Below are positions 29,452 through 39,327 of a stretch of DNA of 41,330 bases, in pieces. Both the position numbers and the translations under genes were made by a program. Source of the stretch: a virus. Every line of letters begins with the position of its first letter. Position 1 is the stretch's first letter. The stretch is from the IMG/VR virus record IMGVR_UViG_3300045988_084973; one strand, 5' to 3'. The notes below the pieces were generated by a model that did not search any database, was not told where the DNA came from, and saw nothing but the letters and a program-made list of their open reading frames with translations.

Positions 29452-30831
29452 GTGGCGGTCGGTGAAGATGAACGTTCCCGCATGGGGTTTGTGTTTGACA
29501 CCATCAACGATTTTAAAGGCCAGAAAAAGACGCGGGACATGCTGGATGCAAAGCTGTACTATTGGGGCGAAAATCCCACAATCAACCGCTACGAAAAAAT
29601 GGTGTACGACCTTGAAGGGAAAGCGCATCCCGATATGTACACAGCAAACCACAAGATTGCCAGCAAGTTTTTTGGATTTGTTGTAGACCAGGAAGTTTCT
29701 TACCTGCTGGGCAACGGCGTTGCGTTTAACAAGGACGCCACAAAAAAGGCGCTTGGCGCCACGTTTGATGAAGATATTATGGATGCTGCCCGCCATGCGT
29801 TGATTGGTGGGCAGTCTTTTGTATTCTGGAATCTTGACCATATTCAGGTGTTCGCGCCGGAGCAGTTTGTGCCGTTATACGATGAAGAAGACGGCGCGCT
29901 AAAAGCTGGAATCAGGTTCTGGCAGATTGACCCGGACAAGCCGCTGCGGGCAACTCTGTACGAGATGGACGGTTACACTAACTACATCAAGCCGCGCAAC
30001 GGTGAAGTGCGCAGTTTGAACGGGAAACTGCCGTACAAGCTGAAAGTGCGGTACTCGGAGATTGACGGCACAGAGATTTATGACGGCGAGAATTATCCCG
30101 GGTTTCCCATTATCCCGCTGAAAAACGGTGAACAAGCACGCAGCGAACTGTGCGGCAGGAAAAACACCGTTGACGCGCTCGACCTTGCCAGCAGCAACAT
30201 GGTAAACAATGTGGATGAGGGCAACCTGATCTATTGGGTGCTTACAAACTGCGGCGGTATGGATGAAATTGACGATGCAAAGTTTGTGGAGCGACTTAAA
30301 ACCACCCACGTTGCCCATGCAGATGGCGACGAGGGCGCGAAGGCCACGCCACAGAGCATTGAAGCACCGTTCCAGGGCACGCAAGCAACCATTGACATGC
30401 TGACCAAAAAGCTGTACACGGATTTTCAAGCGTTTGACGCATCTGCCGTGAGCGCTGGAAACCAGACGGCAACGGCTATCAAGGCCAGTTATGTGCCACT
30501 TGACCTGAAAACGGATAAGTTTGAAAGCTGGGTCTCGCGCTGCATCAAGGGCGTTTTGGCAATTGCCGGGCTTGATGATGAACCAACTTACACGCGCAAC
30601 CAGATTATCAATAAGCAGGAAGAAGCGCAGACTGTGCTGCTCGGCGCAGAATACTACGACGCTGAGTACACAACCAGAAAACTTCTGACCATTAACGGCG
30701 ATGCAGACCAGTACGATGAATTGATGAAGCGAAAGGCGGCAGAGGAGCTTGACCGCACGATTAACAATCCGCAGCCTAACGAACCGCAGAACCAGCCGGG
30801 AGAAGGACTGAACGGCAATGGCGAGACCTGA
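29452..30831 (+). CDS. Portal protein (SPP1 Gp6-like). The true start may lie upstream at ATC 29431.
   Basis: 459-aa ORF directly after terL. The frame is open from 25425 codon position 29425 (GKIRTYQDF..), and no canonical start precedes the GTG at 29452. Confidence 0.9.
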   Translation: MAVGEDERSRMGFVFDTINDFKGQKKTRDMLDAKLYYWGENPTINRYEKMVYDLEGKAHPDMYTANHKIASKFFGFVVDQEVSYLLGNGVAFNKDATKKALGATFDEDIMDAARHALIGGQSFVFWNLDHIQVFAPEQFVPLYDEEDGALKAGIRFWQIDPDKPLRATLYEMDGYTNYIKPRNGEVRSLNGKLPYKLKVRYSEIDGTEIYDGENYPGFPIIPLKNGEQARSELCGRKNTVDALDLASSNMVNNVDEGNLIYWVLTNCGGMDEIDDAKFVERLKTTHVAHADGDEGAKATPQSIEAPFQGTQATIDMLTKKLYTDFQAFDASAVSAGNQTATAIKASYVPLDLKTDKFESWVSRCIKGVLAIAGLDDEPTYTRNQIINKQEEAQTVLLGAEYYDAEYTTRKLLTINGDADQYDELMKRKAAEELDRTINNPQPNEPQNQPGEGLNGNGET

Positions 30832-31816
30832 TTACGCTCACAAAATGACAGATGCGCAGCTTGCCAAGCTGGAACAGCGCATCGCCAAGATATATAAGCA
30901 AGCTGCCGATGAGTTGAGCGAAACCATTACCGCGTATTTCAAGCAATTCGAGAAGCGCGATGCTGATATGCTGGAAAAGGTCAAAAACGGAACGGTTTCA
31001 GAGCAGCAATACAAGCAATGGCGGCTTACACAGATTGGACGCGGAAATCGCTTTATAGCACTCCGCGACAAAGTGGCAGAACGGTATACAAACGCCAACG
31101 AGGTTGCAATAGCATATATAAACGATGCCACACCTGGCATTTATACGCTCAACCGCAATTATAGTGCGTATACCATTGAGCAAGTCAGCAGCAGCGCGGA
31201 CTTTACGCTGTTTGATGAGCAGACAGTCAAGCGGCTGGCGATGGAACAGCCGGATTTGATGCCCTATTATCCAAAAGACAGGGCGCTGAAGCGCGGTATA
31301 GATCTTGCGTATGGCAAACAGCAGATTACTGCCAACGTGACAAGCGGCATCTTGCAGGGCAAGAGCATTTACAGGCTGGCAGATGACTTGCAAAAAAGCA
31401 TCCGCGATATGAACCGCACAAGCGCTGTAAGAACGGCGCGAACGGCGGTCACAGGGGCGCAGAACGCTGGCAGAATGGACGCATACACAGCAGCCGAGAA
31501 GATGGGCATACATGTGCGGAAACAATGGCTTGCAACGCTGGATAACCGCACCAGACACGCGCACGCGATGCTGGACGGTCAGACAGTTGACAATGACAAG
31601 CCGTTTAAAGTAGACGGCTATGAGATTATGTTTCCAGGCGATGCAAGTGCACCCGGCTACTTGGTGTATAACTGCCGATGCACGCTTGTTCCCGCACTGG
31701 ATGGCATCGAAAGCAGTTCAAGACGCGCCAGAGACCCAAAAACCGGCGAATGGGTGCTTGTTGATGATATGACATATAAGGAATGGGCTGGGTGGAAGAA
31801 TGCAAATCACCCTTGA
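30818..31816 (+). CDS. Minor head / head morphogenesis protein (SPP1 gp7 / Mu F-like)
   Basis: ..TRHAHAMLDGQTV..DKPF.. and ..YNCRCTL motifs. Confidence 0.85.
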   Translation: MARPDYAHKMTDAQLAKLEQRIAKIYKQAADELSETITAYFKQFEKRDADMLEKVKNGTVSEQQYKQWRLTQIGRGNRFIALRDKVAERYTNANEVAIAYINDATPGIYTLNRNYSAYTIEQVSSSADFTLFDEQTVKRLAMEQPDLMPYYPKDRALKRGIDLAYGKQQITANVTSGILQGKSIYRLADDLQKSIRDMNRTSAVRTARTAVTGAQNAGRMDAYTAAEKMGIHVRKQWLATLDNRTRHAHAMLDGQTVDNDKPFKVDGYEIMFPGDASAPGYLVYNCRCTLVPALDGIESSSRRARDPKTGEWVLVDDMTYKEWAGWKNANHP

Positions 31817-32204
31817 AGACCACAGCGATGAAGTCCTTGCTGCAATGGAATCCGCTTGCCTAAAGGCATTGGAAACCTGCGGGCTTGCTGGCGAGAGGTA
31901 TGCAAAAAAGCTATGCCCCGTGGACACAGGCGACCTGCGCGACAGCATTACACATACTGTCAGCGACGGCGAAAAAGCTGCATATGTCGGCACAAATAGC
32001 GAATACGGCGTATACGTGGAGTGCGGCACTGGCATTTATTATGAAGGCGAAGGCGGTAGGCATACAGCGTGGACGTATAAAGACCATAAGGGAAATTATC
32101 ACCTTGTTCATGGACAACGCGCCAAGCCGTATATCAAACCTGCAGTGGCAGACCATGCCGCGCAGTACACAAGAATTATCGAACAAGAGCTGAAAGGCAA
32201 ATAA
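31800..32204 (+). CDS. HK97 gp10-like phage protein
   Basis: ..CPVDTGDLRDSITH..VGTNSEYGVYVE.G. Confidence 0.6.
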   Translation: MQITLEDHSDEVLAAMESACLKALETCGLAGERYAKKLCPVDTGDLRDSITHTVSDGEKAAYVGTNSEYGVYVECGTGIYYEGEGGRHTAWTYKDHKGNYHLVHGQRAKPYIKPAVADHAAQYTRIIEQELKGK

Positions 32205-32265
32205 GCCTCTCGGCTCTTTTTATTAGCATCTACCGCACTTGCGGCAGGTGCTATTTTTATACGCA

Positions 32266-32289
32266 AAAACGGCGAAGAACTGCCGTTTT
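32266..32289 (+). terminator. Hairpin/terminator candidate
   Basis: AAAACGGC gaagaact GCCGTTTT. Confidence 0.5.
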
Positions 32290-32341
32290 GAATAAAACGC
32301 GAATGTCGAAGAACTGACACCGAAGAAAAGGAGCGAAAACA

Positions 32342-32977
32342 TTGGCTATTACTCGCAAGCTGCTGAAAGGTATGGGGCTGACTGAAGAGCAGCAGGACAC
32401 GATTATTGAAGCCCACACTGACACCGTAAACGGTTTGAAAGCGGACGTTGACCGCTATAAAGCTGATGCGGAAAAACTTCCCGGCGTTCAAAAGGAACTG
32501 GACGACCTGAAAGGAAAGGGCGATGACGGTTACAAGGAAAAGTATGAATCCGAGCACAAGGCTTTTGAGGATTACAAAACAAGCGTGGCCGCCGAAAAGA
32601 CTACTGCTGCCAAAGAAAAGGCATTGGAGACCGCCCTGAAAAAAGTCGGCATTGCCGACAAACGCTTGCAGTCTGTTGCCAGACTTTGCAAAGGCGATGG
32701 TCTGCTGGACAAGCTGGAACTGGACGATAAAGGCGCTATCAAGGATTCTGACAAGCTGGAAACCAGCCTGAAAGAATCTTACAGCGACTACATCGTTACT
32801 ACCAGCACGCAGGGCGCAAACACACCGAATCCGCCCGCAGGCAATAGCGGCGCAGGCGCAGGCTCTATTGATGCAGCAGCATTTGCAAAGATGGGCTATG
32901 CCGACCGCTTGAAGCTCAAAAAAACTGACCCTGACCAGTACAATACACTGGTCAATGGAACCGACAAAGGAGATTAA
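32342..32977 (+). CDS. Scaffolding protein (GP20-like)
   Basis: TTG start. Helical and charged, 211 aa. Lies immediately before the capsid gene. Confidence 0.75.
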   Translation: MAITRKLLKGMGLTEEQQDTIIEAHTDTVNGLKADVDRYKADAEKLPGVQKELDDLKGKGDDGYKEKYESEHKAFEDYKTSVAAEKTTAAKEKALETALKKVGIADKRLQSVARLCKGDGLLDKLELDDKGAIKDSDKLETSLKESYSDYIVTTSTQGANTPNPPAGNSGAGAGSIDAAAFAKMGYADRLKLKKTDPDQYNTLVNGTDKGD

Positions 32978-32980
32978 CAC

Positions 32981-33979
32981 ATGGCAGATACTATTTTGAC
33001 CAAACTCGCAGACCTGATCGACCCGGAAGTCATGGCCGATATGATTTCGGCTAAAATCCCTGACAAAATCCGCGTTGCACCTTTTGCAAAGGTGGATGAC
33101 ACCCTTGCTGGCGTTCCCGGCGATACTATCACTGTGCCGTCTTACGGTTACATTGGTGACGCGGAGGACGTTGCAGAGGGCGTTGACGTTGACATCGACA
33201 AGATGAGCACGAAGGACAAGAAGTACAAAATCAAGAAGGCTATGAAGGGCGTTGGCCTGACCGATGAAGCTGTGCTGTCCGGCTACGGCAACCCTGTTGG
33301 CGAAGCCAATGCGCAGCTGGCTCTGTCTATCGCCGCTAAAATCGACAATGACTGCATGGAAGCCTTGCAGGGCGCTACGCTGGTGTACGACGGCACTGCT
33401 GCCGCTATCAAGTACAGCGGCGTTGTGGACGCTATCGACGTGTTCAACGAGGAGATCAACAGCGACAAGGTCATGTTCATCAACCCCAAACAGATGGCGA
33501 CACTGCGCAAGGATGCTGATTTTATCAGCGCTGACAAGTATCAGGCTGGCGTTGCTGTCACCGGCGAAATCGGCAAGATCGCCAACACACGCGTTGTGGC
33601 ATCTCGCAAGGTTCCTTCTATCGAGTACGAGAAGGACAATAGCACCGGCACCATTGAGATTGTCGCTGATTCTACCACCGAAACCGCCACCAAAAAGCAT
33701 CTGGCGACCATCCAGCCGCATTGCGCTACTGCACTGATTGTCGGCGATAAGGTCAAGGCCGCTGCTGCCGCCTACTACGCTTGCCCCATCGTCAAGCTGA
33801 ACGAGGACAGCGAGACCGAGGACGATGTGCCCGCCCTGACCATCTACCGCAAGCGCAATATCAACGTGGAGACCGAGCGCAAGCCGCGTAACCGATCTAC
33901 CGAGATCACCGCTGACGAATTTTACGTTGCGGCTCTGACCAACGAAGCCAAAGTTGTGCTGGCAAAGTTCAAAAAGTAA
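32981..33979 (+). CDS. Major capsid protein
   Basis: 332 aa. Position and composition fit a capsid protein; starts MADTILTKLADLIDPEVMADMI... Confidence 0.85.
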   Translation: MADTILTKLADLIDPEVMADMISAKIPDKIRVAPFAKVDDTLAGVPGDTITVPSYGYIGDAEDVAEGVDVDIDKMSTKDKKYKIKKAMKGVGLTDEAVLSGYGNPVGEANAQLALSIAAKIDNDCMEALQGATLVYDGTAAAIKYSGVVDAIDVFNEEINSDKVMFINPKQMATLRKDADFISADKYQAGVAVTGEIGKIANTRVVASRKVPSIEYEKDNSTGTIEIVADSTTETATKKHLATIQPHCATALIVGDKVKAAAAAYYACPIVKLNEDSETEDDVPALTIYRKRNINVETERKPRNRSTEITADEFYVAALTNEAKVVLAKFKK

Positions 33980-33994
33980 TAAGGAGGCAGCGGA

Positions 33995-34417
33995 ATGCTT
34001 GAAGAATTGATGCGAGAGTGTAGAAACTGGTTTGTTGCGCCGAATGGCGTGCATCTGGGCACTTTTACCGTCAAGGAAGGCAGCATTACGCTGCCTTTTC
34101 TTGTTTATGGGCAATATTTCCGCATCGTTGGCAGCGTTTTTAACGACGGCGTTTACGAGTATGGCAACGTTTATCTGCAGGACGAAACATTTGATGGCTC
34201 TATCTGGGCTTTAAGTGTTCCGCCTGCATTTATAAAGCTTTCCGAAGAAATCAAAAGCTGGCGCGACCAGTACGAGAACACCGCAAACAGCCCTTTTCAG
34301 AGCGAATCGTTTGCGGGGTATAGTTACACCCTAAAAAGCGACGGCGCGCAGGGCGGCTCTGCTAATGGCTGGCGCAGCGCATTTTCTACCCGGCTGAATA
34401 AGTGGAGGAAACTGTAA
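33995..34417 (+). CDS. Head-tail connector/adaptor (positional call)
   Basis: AAGGAGG RBS. 140 aa. Confidence 0.6.
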   Translation: MLEELMRECRNWFVAPNGVHLGTFTVKEGSITLPFLVYGQYFRIVGSVFNDGVYEYGNVYLQDETFDGSIWALSVPPAFIKLSEEIKSWRDQYENTANSPFQSESFAGYSYTLKSDGAQGGSANGWRSAFSTRLNKWRKL

Positions 34418-34593
34418 TGGTAGCAAATAGACCCGGCGTTGATGTTACGGTAAATCTTAGCATGAACATCGACAAATGTACGGCTGAGGGTTGCTTGAAA
34501 ATCGTTGAAATGTACGTAAACGCAAACAATGCCCGCGTTATTGCCGATAGAGAGCCAAACGGTGATGTGAGGTATCATTATGAGTTTGCTTGA
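34417..34593 (+). CDS. 58-aa hypothetical structural-module protein
   Basis: TAATG overlap. GGAGGAAA RBS. Confidence 0.45.
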   Translation: MVANRPGVDVTVNLSMNIDKCTAEGCLKIVEMYVNANNARVIADREPNGDVRYHYEFA

Positions 34594-34939
34594 TGATTTC
34601 GGCGCAAAATGCGTCCTGCTGGACAGAAAGCGCACACCAGACGGCGAGGGCGGCTTTACTACTGTATGGGCAGACGGCATTGCATTTTTGAATTATTCCG
34701 CGTTGGATAATTCGATGCAAGCCCGTGTGGCCGAAGCGCAGGGCGTTAACAGCGTGTATACCGTGCTTGTGAAGAAAGATATCCCTATTGAGTATGGGGA
34801 CTTTTACAGGGACTTGCAGACAGGCGCAACTTACCGTGTTACGAGCCGCCCGGAAGAAAAGCAAGCCCCTAAAAGCGCATCGACTATGCTGAGTGAACTT
34901 AAATCGTTTACAGCCGAAAGAAAGGAGCTGCCGCAATGA
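34580..34939 (+). CDS. Head closure / head-tail joining protein
   Basis: 119 aa, ..RKRTPDGEGGFTTVW... pattern typical of head-closure proteins. Confidence 0.6.
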   Translation: MSLLDDFGAKCVLLDRKRTPDGEGGFTTVWADGIAFLNYSALDNSMQARVAEAQGVNSVYTVLVKKDIPIEYGDFYRDLQTGATYRVTSRPEEKQAPKSASTMLSELKSFTAERKELPQ

Positions 34940-35304
34940 CGAAAGGTGCAACGTTACAGCAGTTCTTTTCGCAGTTTCTTACCGCGTATGCGGCAACGTC
35001 TGTCCCGGAAGATGTGATATTCCCCTATCTTACGTATGATGCGGTTTTTGATGCGTGGGGCGGCGAGCCTGTCTCTCTGACTGTGAATCTGTGGTTTTAC
35101 ACGGAATCGGAAGCAGTGCCAAATGCCAAAGCGGATGAGATTTCCAAAGCGCTTGAAGGCGGCGCGGTGCTCGATATGGGAAATGGTGAGTACATCGTGC
35201 TACATCGAGGCTCGCCCTGGTGCCAAGCGCTACGAGACGAAACAAACAACAATGTGAAACGGCGGTATCTGAATGTTACCGCCGATTATTTATGCCATTT
35301 TTGA
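34936..35304 (+). CDS. Tail completion/terminator protein (positional call)
   Basis: 122 aa with an ATGA overlap. Confidence 0.55.
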   Translation: MTKGATLQQFFSQFLTAYAATSVPEDVIFPYLTYDAVFDAWGGEPVSLTVNLWFYTESEAVPNAKADEISKALEGGAVLDMGNGEYIVLHRGSPWCQALRDETNNNVKRRYLNVTADYLCHF

Positions 35305-35313
35305 GGTGATAGA

Positions 35314-35874
35314 ATGAGCAAATTTACCGTAATCCCTAAGGATACGTTCAGCGGTATGCAGTTGGACGCTGGCGTGCTGCTGAAAACATTTAATCCTACA
35401 TCAGTGGCAGCCCCGCAGGATACTGATATTATCTGCGCCACTACCGGCGGCATCAATCCCACTTGCGTGCCGACCTATAGCGATCTGGGCGAGGACGTAG
35501 ACAACTGCCCTGTCAACATGAAGGAATTGAAGCATCTGGATGGATGGGAGTGCAAGATGTCCTTTACCGCACTGGGCACTTCCGCTGATAACATCCGCCT
35601 TGCACTGGGCGCTGCTGACGTTGCTACCAACAAGATTACGCCGCGCCGCGATCTGAAGCAGAGCGATTTCAGCGACATTTGGTGGGTTGGTGACCGTGCA
35701 GACGGCGGTTGTGTAGCCATTCAGTTGAAGAACGCGCTTTCTACCGGCGGATTCAGCCTGCAGACCACTAAGAGCGGCAAGGGCAAGATATCTTGTGAGC
35801 TGACAGGCCATGTATCTATTGACGCACAGGACGAAATGCCGATGATCTTCTATAGTATCGATAAACAGGAGTAA
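35314..35874 (+). CDS. Major tail protein
   Basis: 186 aa. Lies immediately before the chaperone pair and the tape measure gene. Confidence 0.75.
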   Translation: MSKFTVIPKDTFSGMQLDAGVLLKTFNPTSVAAPQDTDIICATTGGINPTCVPTYSDLGEDVDNCPVNMKELKHLDGWECKMSFTALGTSADNIRLALGAADVATNKITPRRDLKQSDFSDIWWVGDRADGGCVAIQLKNALSTGGFSLQTTKSGKGKISCELTGHVSIDAQDEMPMIFYSIDKQE

Positions 35875-35878
35875 AAAA

Positions 35879-36250
35879 ATGAAAATTCTTTCTGCTATGA
35901 CAACCGACGAAGCGTGCGACGCCATGTGCATTGCAGCACCGGCACTGCAGGCAATGGCTGACGACGAAAATCTTGCAAAGGAAATGCAGGTTGTTCTTCC
36001 TGCTGGCGATCACAGTAGGATGGACATTTACCGCTTTGGGATTTCCCGCATCGCGGTATTTGTGCCCATCGTGCTGAAAGAACACCGTGCAGACCTGTAT
36101 ACGGTGCTATCCCCGTTTAATGGCGTTCCCGCTGATGAGTGCGGCAAGCAGCCATTGATGGAAACGCTGGAACAGGTTAAAGCCCTGCTGAACGACAAGG
36201 ATTTTGTCGATTTTTTCAAATCTGTATTCGGTATGGGGCAGAAAGAGTAA
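35879..36250 (+). CDS. Tail assembly chaperone (G-like)
   Basis: 123 aa, acidic. Contains the slippery site near its 3' end. Confidence 0.75.
   Translation: MKILSAMTTDEACDAMCIAAPALQAMADDENLAKEMQVVLPAGDHSRMDIYRFGISRIAVFVPIVLKEHRADLYTVLSPFNGVPADECGKQPLMETLEQVKALLNDKDFVDFFKSVFGMGQKE
36211..36217 (+). promoter_or_regulatory. -1 programmed ribosomal frameshift site T_TTT_TTC
   Basis: The zero frame reads gaT TTT TTC. The -1 frame is open from 36217 and merges with the frame of 36268..36510 with no stop. Confidence 0.65.
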
Positions 36251-36267
36251 TTAGAGCTCTGATTGCT

Positions 36268-36510
36268 ATGCCGAAACTGAGCGCCAAAGCGCTTGTGTCG
36301 GCGTTACCGTATCGAATAAAGCAGGACTTAGAAGAACTGCATTATAAAGTTTATATGTCGGACTTGGCACTTGCGATGGCAAAGCGAGTGATTCAGCCAG
36401 CGGAAAAACCTCCGCGCTATTGGGACATCATAAACCCGAAACCGGAAGAAACTAGGACGGCAGATGAAGTAATAGCGCACATAAAGAATAAAATTCGGGA
36501 GGTGAGTTAA
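36268..36510 (+). CDS. Chaperone extension (GT-like -1 frame product, 35879..36217 joined to 36217..36510). Could also be translated from its own ATG.
   Basis: Same frame as the -1 frame of the slippery site. 80-aa ORF ending just before the tape measure gene. Confidence 0.65.
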   Translation: MPKLSAKALVSALPYRIKQDLEELHYKVYMSDLALAMAKRVIQPAEKPPRYWDIINPKPEETRTADEVIAHIKNKIREVS

Positions 36511-36511
36511 A

Positions 36512-38476
36512 ATAGACGCATTTAACCTTTTTGCAAAAATCAGCCTCAATACAGAAGAATATGAGAAGCAGCTCGGAGAAGCAAAATCCGGCGCGAAGGG
36601 ACTTGCAGGTGCTTTTGAAAAATCCGGCTCTATGTTATCAAAAATTGGAAGCGGTATGGAGACGGTTGCAAAGGGCGCTGTAAAAATAACGGCTGGAACC
36701 GTAACTGCAGTCGGCGGAGCCATTTCGGCACTTACAGGGTTTGCTATAAACGGCTATGCCGAATGTGAGCAGCTTGTTGGTGGCGTTGAAACACTGTATA
36801 AAACAAGCGCAGACACCGTACAAAAGTATGCGGCAGATGCGTACAAAACAGCTGGATTGTCTGCCAATGATTATATGGAGACGGCGACATCGTTTGCAGC
36901 TGCGCTTGTAAACAGCCTTGGCGGCGATACGGCAAAAGCTGCCGATATGGCAAACACCGCTATTACTGATATGGCCGATAACTCAAATAAAATGGGTACG
37001 GCGATGTCTTCTATCCAAGATGCGTATAACGGTTTTGCCAAGCAAAATTATACGATGCTTGATAACCTTAAGCTCGGCTATGGCGGCACAAAGACAGAAA
37101 TGCAGCGCTTACTTGATGATGCAAACAAACTGAACGCGGCACAGGGGAACTACACAAAATACAGCATTGACAGCTATTCTGATATTGTTAGCGCTATCCA
37201 TGACGTGCAAAACGAAATGGGCATTACTGGTACAACCGCTAAGGAAGCATCAACAACAATCCAAGGGAGTGTAAATGCTACAAAATCCGCGTGGTCAAAC
37301 CTTGTAACTGGAATTGCCGATGATAATGCCGATTTTGATAAGCTTATCAGCAACTTTGTTGATAGCGCAAGTACAGCGGCAAGTAACATCATCCCTCGCA
37401 TAGAAGTCGCCCTGAATGGCGCCGCTAAGCTGATAGAGAGCCTTGTCCCGCCCATTATGGCAGAGCTGCCGAGCTTGATTGAAACCGTCCTGCCGCAGCT
37501 GGCGCAGTCTGCCGTGAACATCGTGCAGACGCTTGTTACGGAAATCAGCGATAACGCGGCGCAGCTTATTGATTCGGCAATTCAAATTATAACCGTGCTT
37601 GGAAATGGCATTTATCAAATGCTGCCTACCATAGCCAAGTCAGCGTTTGACTTGGTTATGACAATTACCAGCAAAATTTCTGAAAATTTGCCAGCAATTT
37701 TAGATGTAGCTGGCGAAATGATTATTGCGCTTGCAAGTGGCATTTGGAACCATCTTCCGGAAATTGCACAAGCTGCAAATGATGTTGTTACGGCGTTGAT
37801 CTCCTATTTCGCAGAACGCTTGCCGGATATTTTGGAAAATGGCACTCAAATGCTGATCTCGCTCGTAAACGGCATCATTACGACGATTCCCGTACTTGTT
37901 GCAGCACTCCCGGAAATCATTACTACAATTACAGGGTACATTTCGGAAAACAGCCCGACCATTATCCAGACAGGCTTTGATATTCTGACTGCCATTATCA
38001 CTGGTATTATGAATGCTATTCCTGACCTTATCGCCACTGTTCCTGAATTAATCGCGGCGCTTGTGCAAGCATTTGCTGATTTGTCCACTACAATTTTTGA
38101 GATTGGCAATTCTATTGTCGAAGGGATTAAAGGCGGAATTGCTGCCGCATGGGATGGACTTGTAAGCTGGTTCAATGGTCTTTGGAATAGTCTGTTTGGA
38201 AACCGTTCCGTTGATGTAAATGTCAATCAAAATTCAAATACAAATGGCAGTCATGCAGGCGGCTTGGATTATGTGCCTTTTAATAACTATGTGGCGAATC
38301 TGCATCGCGGTGAAATGGTTCTGACAGCACAGGAAGCCGACAACTACCGCAGAAACGGCGCACAGGGCGGCACGGGGTTTGTTGTAAACCAGACTATCTA
38401 CGCGGCAAAGCAAACGCCGGTTGAACTGGCAGCAAGTACAGCAGCGTATTTTCAGCGGGCGAGGTGGGCGATATGA
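36512..38476 (+). CDS. Tape measure protein. The first canonical start is ATG 36632, but the conserved-looking N-terminus begins at ATA 36512.
   Basis: The frame is open from 36506. IDAFNLFAKISLNTEEYEKQLGEAKSG.. is typical of a tape-measure N-terminus. GGGAGGTGA RBS about 6 nt upstream of the ATA. Confidence 0.9.
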   Translation: MDAFNLFAKISLNTEEYEKQLGEAKSGAKGLAGAFEKSGSMLSKIGSGMETVAKGAVKITAGTVTAVGGAISALTGFAINGYAECEQLVGGVETLYKTSADTVQKYAADAYKTAGLSANDYMETATSFAAALVNSLGGDTAKAADMANTAITDMADNSNKMGTAMSSIQDAYNGFAKQNYTMLDNLKLGYGGTKTEMQRLLDDANKLNAAQGNYTKYSIDSYSDIVSAIHDVQNEMGITGTTAKEASTTIQGSVNATKSAWSNLVTGIADDNADFDKLISNFVDSASTAASNIIPRIEVALNGAAKLIESLVPPIMAELPSLIETVLPQLAQSAVNIVQTLVTEISDNAAQLIDSAIQIITVLGNGIYQMLPTIAKSAFDLVMTITSKISENLPAILDVAGEMIIALASGIWNHLPEIAQAANDVVTALISYFAERLPDILENGTQMLISLVNGIITTIPVLVAALPEIITTITGYISENSPTIIQTGFDILTAIITGIMNAIPDLIATVPELIAALVQAFADLSTTIFEIGNSIVEGIKGGIAAAWDGLVSWFNGLWNSLFGNRSVDVNVNQNSNTNGSHAGGLDYVPFNNYVANLHRGEMVLTAQEADNYRRNGAQGGTGFVVNQTIYAAKQTPVELAASTAAYFQRARWAI

Positions 38477-39327
38477 GTTTTTTAAGCAAGACTTTTAAAT
38501 ACGTCAACTCGCTGAGGCAGTCTATCGTGTTTGACTATGAGCACGGTTATCTCATCAGTAAGCCGGATGGCATTGATACAATTTCGGTCACTGCCAACAC
38601 GGCGAAGGGCATCGGTCAAGTAGGCGCTACTGTGCAATCTAAGGCCATTCAGACTCGGCCTATTACCATCAATGGCAGAGTTATAGGCAAGGACGCGCAA
38701 TCGCTGAAAGACGCGCTTATGACCGTTGTACGGCCTGACCTGACAGGGGTGTTGTATGCCGGGGACTGGCACATAGACGTTATTGTAACGGCATCGCCTA
38801 CCATTGGCGCATCAAAACGCGGTGCGCCGTTTCAGCTTGGCTTGCTTGCCCCCTACCCGTATTGGGAAAGTGGCGAACGAAAGGCAATGCAGCTGCGCGG
38901 CGTGCAAAAAGGTTTTAAATTCCCATGGAATATCAGCAAAACGTATTATTTCGGCAAAGTCATTGTGCTGAAATACATTGTTTTGCAGAATTTCGGGCAG
39001 TTTGATGTTCCGTTTATTCTGGAAATCAATTGCGTTGGCGAGACGGCAACAAACGTAGGCATTGAAAACATGCTGACAGGTGAAGTGCTGCGGCTGGAAA
39101 AAACGCTTGTGGAAGATGAGCGTGTCGTTATCAAGACATCGCACGGGAAAACAACGGTCACAAGCTCTAAGGACGGTGACTGCCGGGGTGCACTTACGCT
39201 TGAAAGTACACTGTACAGAATCCATACGGGCGATAATGCGTGGAAACCTACTGCGGACAGTGGGCTTGAAAACGTTGAGATGAGTGTTTCGTTTGCGGAA
39301 GAAAGTGCGGGTGTAACGGTAATATGA
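38473..39327 (+). CDS. Distal tail protein (Dit-like)
   Basis: ATGA overlap with the tape measure gene. GAGGTGG RBS. 284 aa. Confidence 0.75.
   Translation: MSFLSKTFKYVNSLRQSIVFDYEHGYLISKPDGIDTISVTANTAKGIGQVGATVQSKAIQTRPITINGRVIGKDAQSLKDALMTVVRPDLTGVLYAGDWHIDVIVTASPTIGASKRGAPFQLGLLAPYPYWESGERKAMQLRGVQKGFKFPWNISKTYYFGKVIVLKYIVLQNFGQFDVPFILEINCVGETATNVGIENMLTGEVLRLEKTLVEDERVVIKTSHGKTTVTSSKDGDCRGALTLESTLYRIHTGDNAWKPTADSGLENVEMSVSFAEESAGVTVI

Noticed and set aside
32108-34114. 668-aa minus-strand ORF
   Set aside because: It lies antisense to the scaffold and major capsid genes, which have RBSs, correct module order and protein-like composition. The antisense product is low-complexity with no start context.
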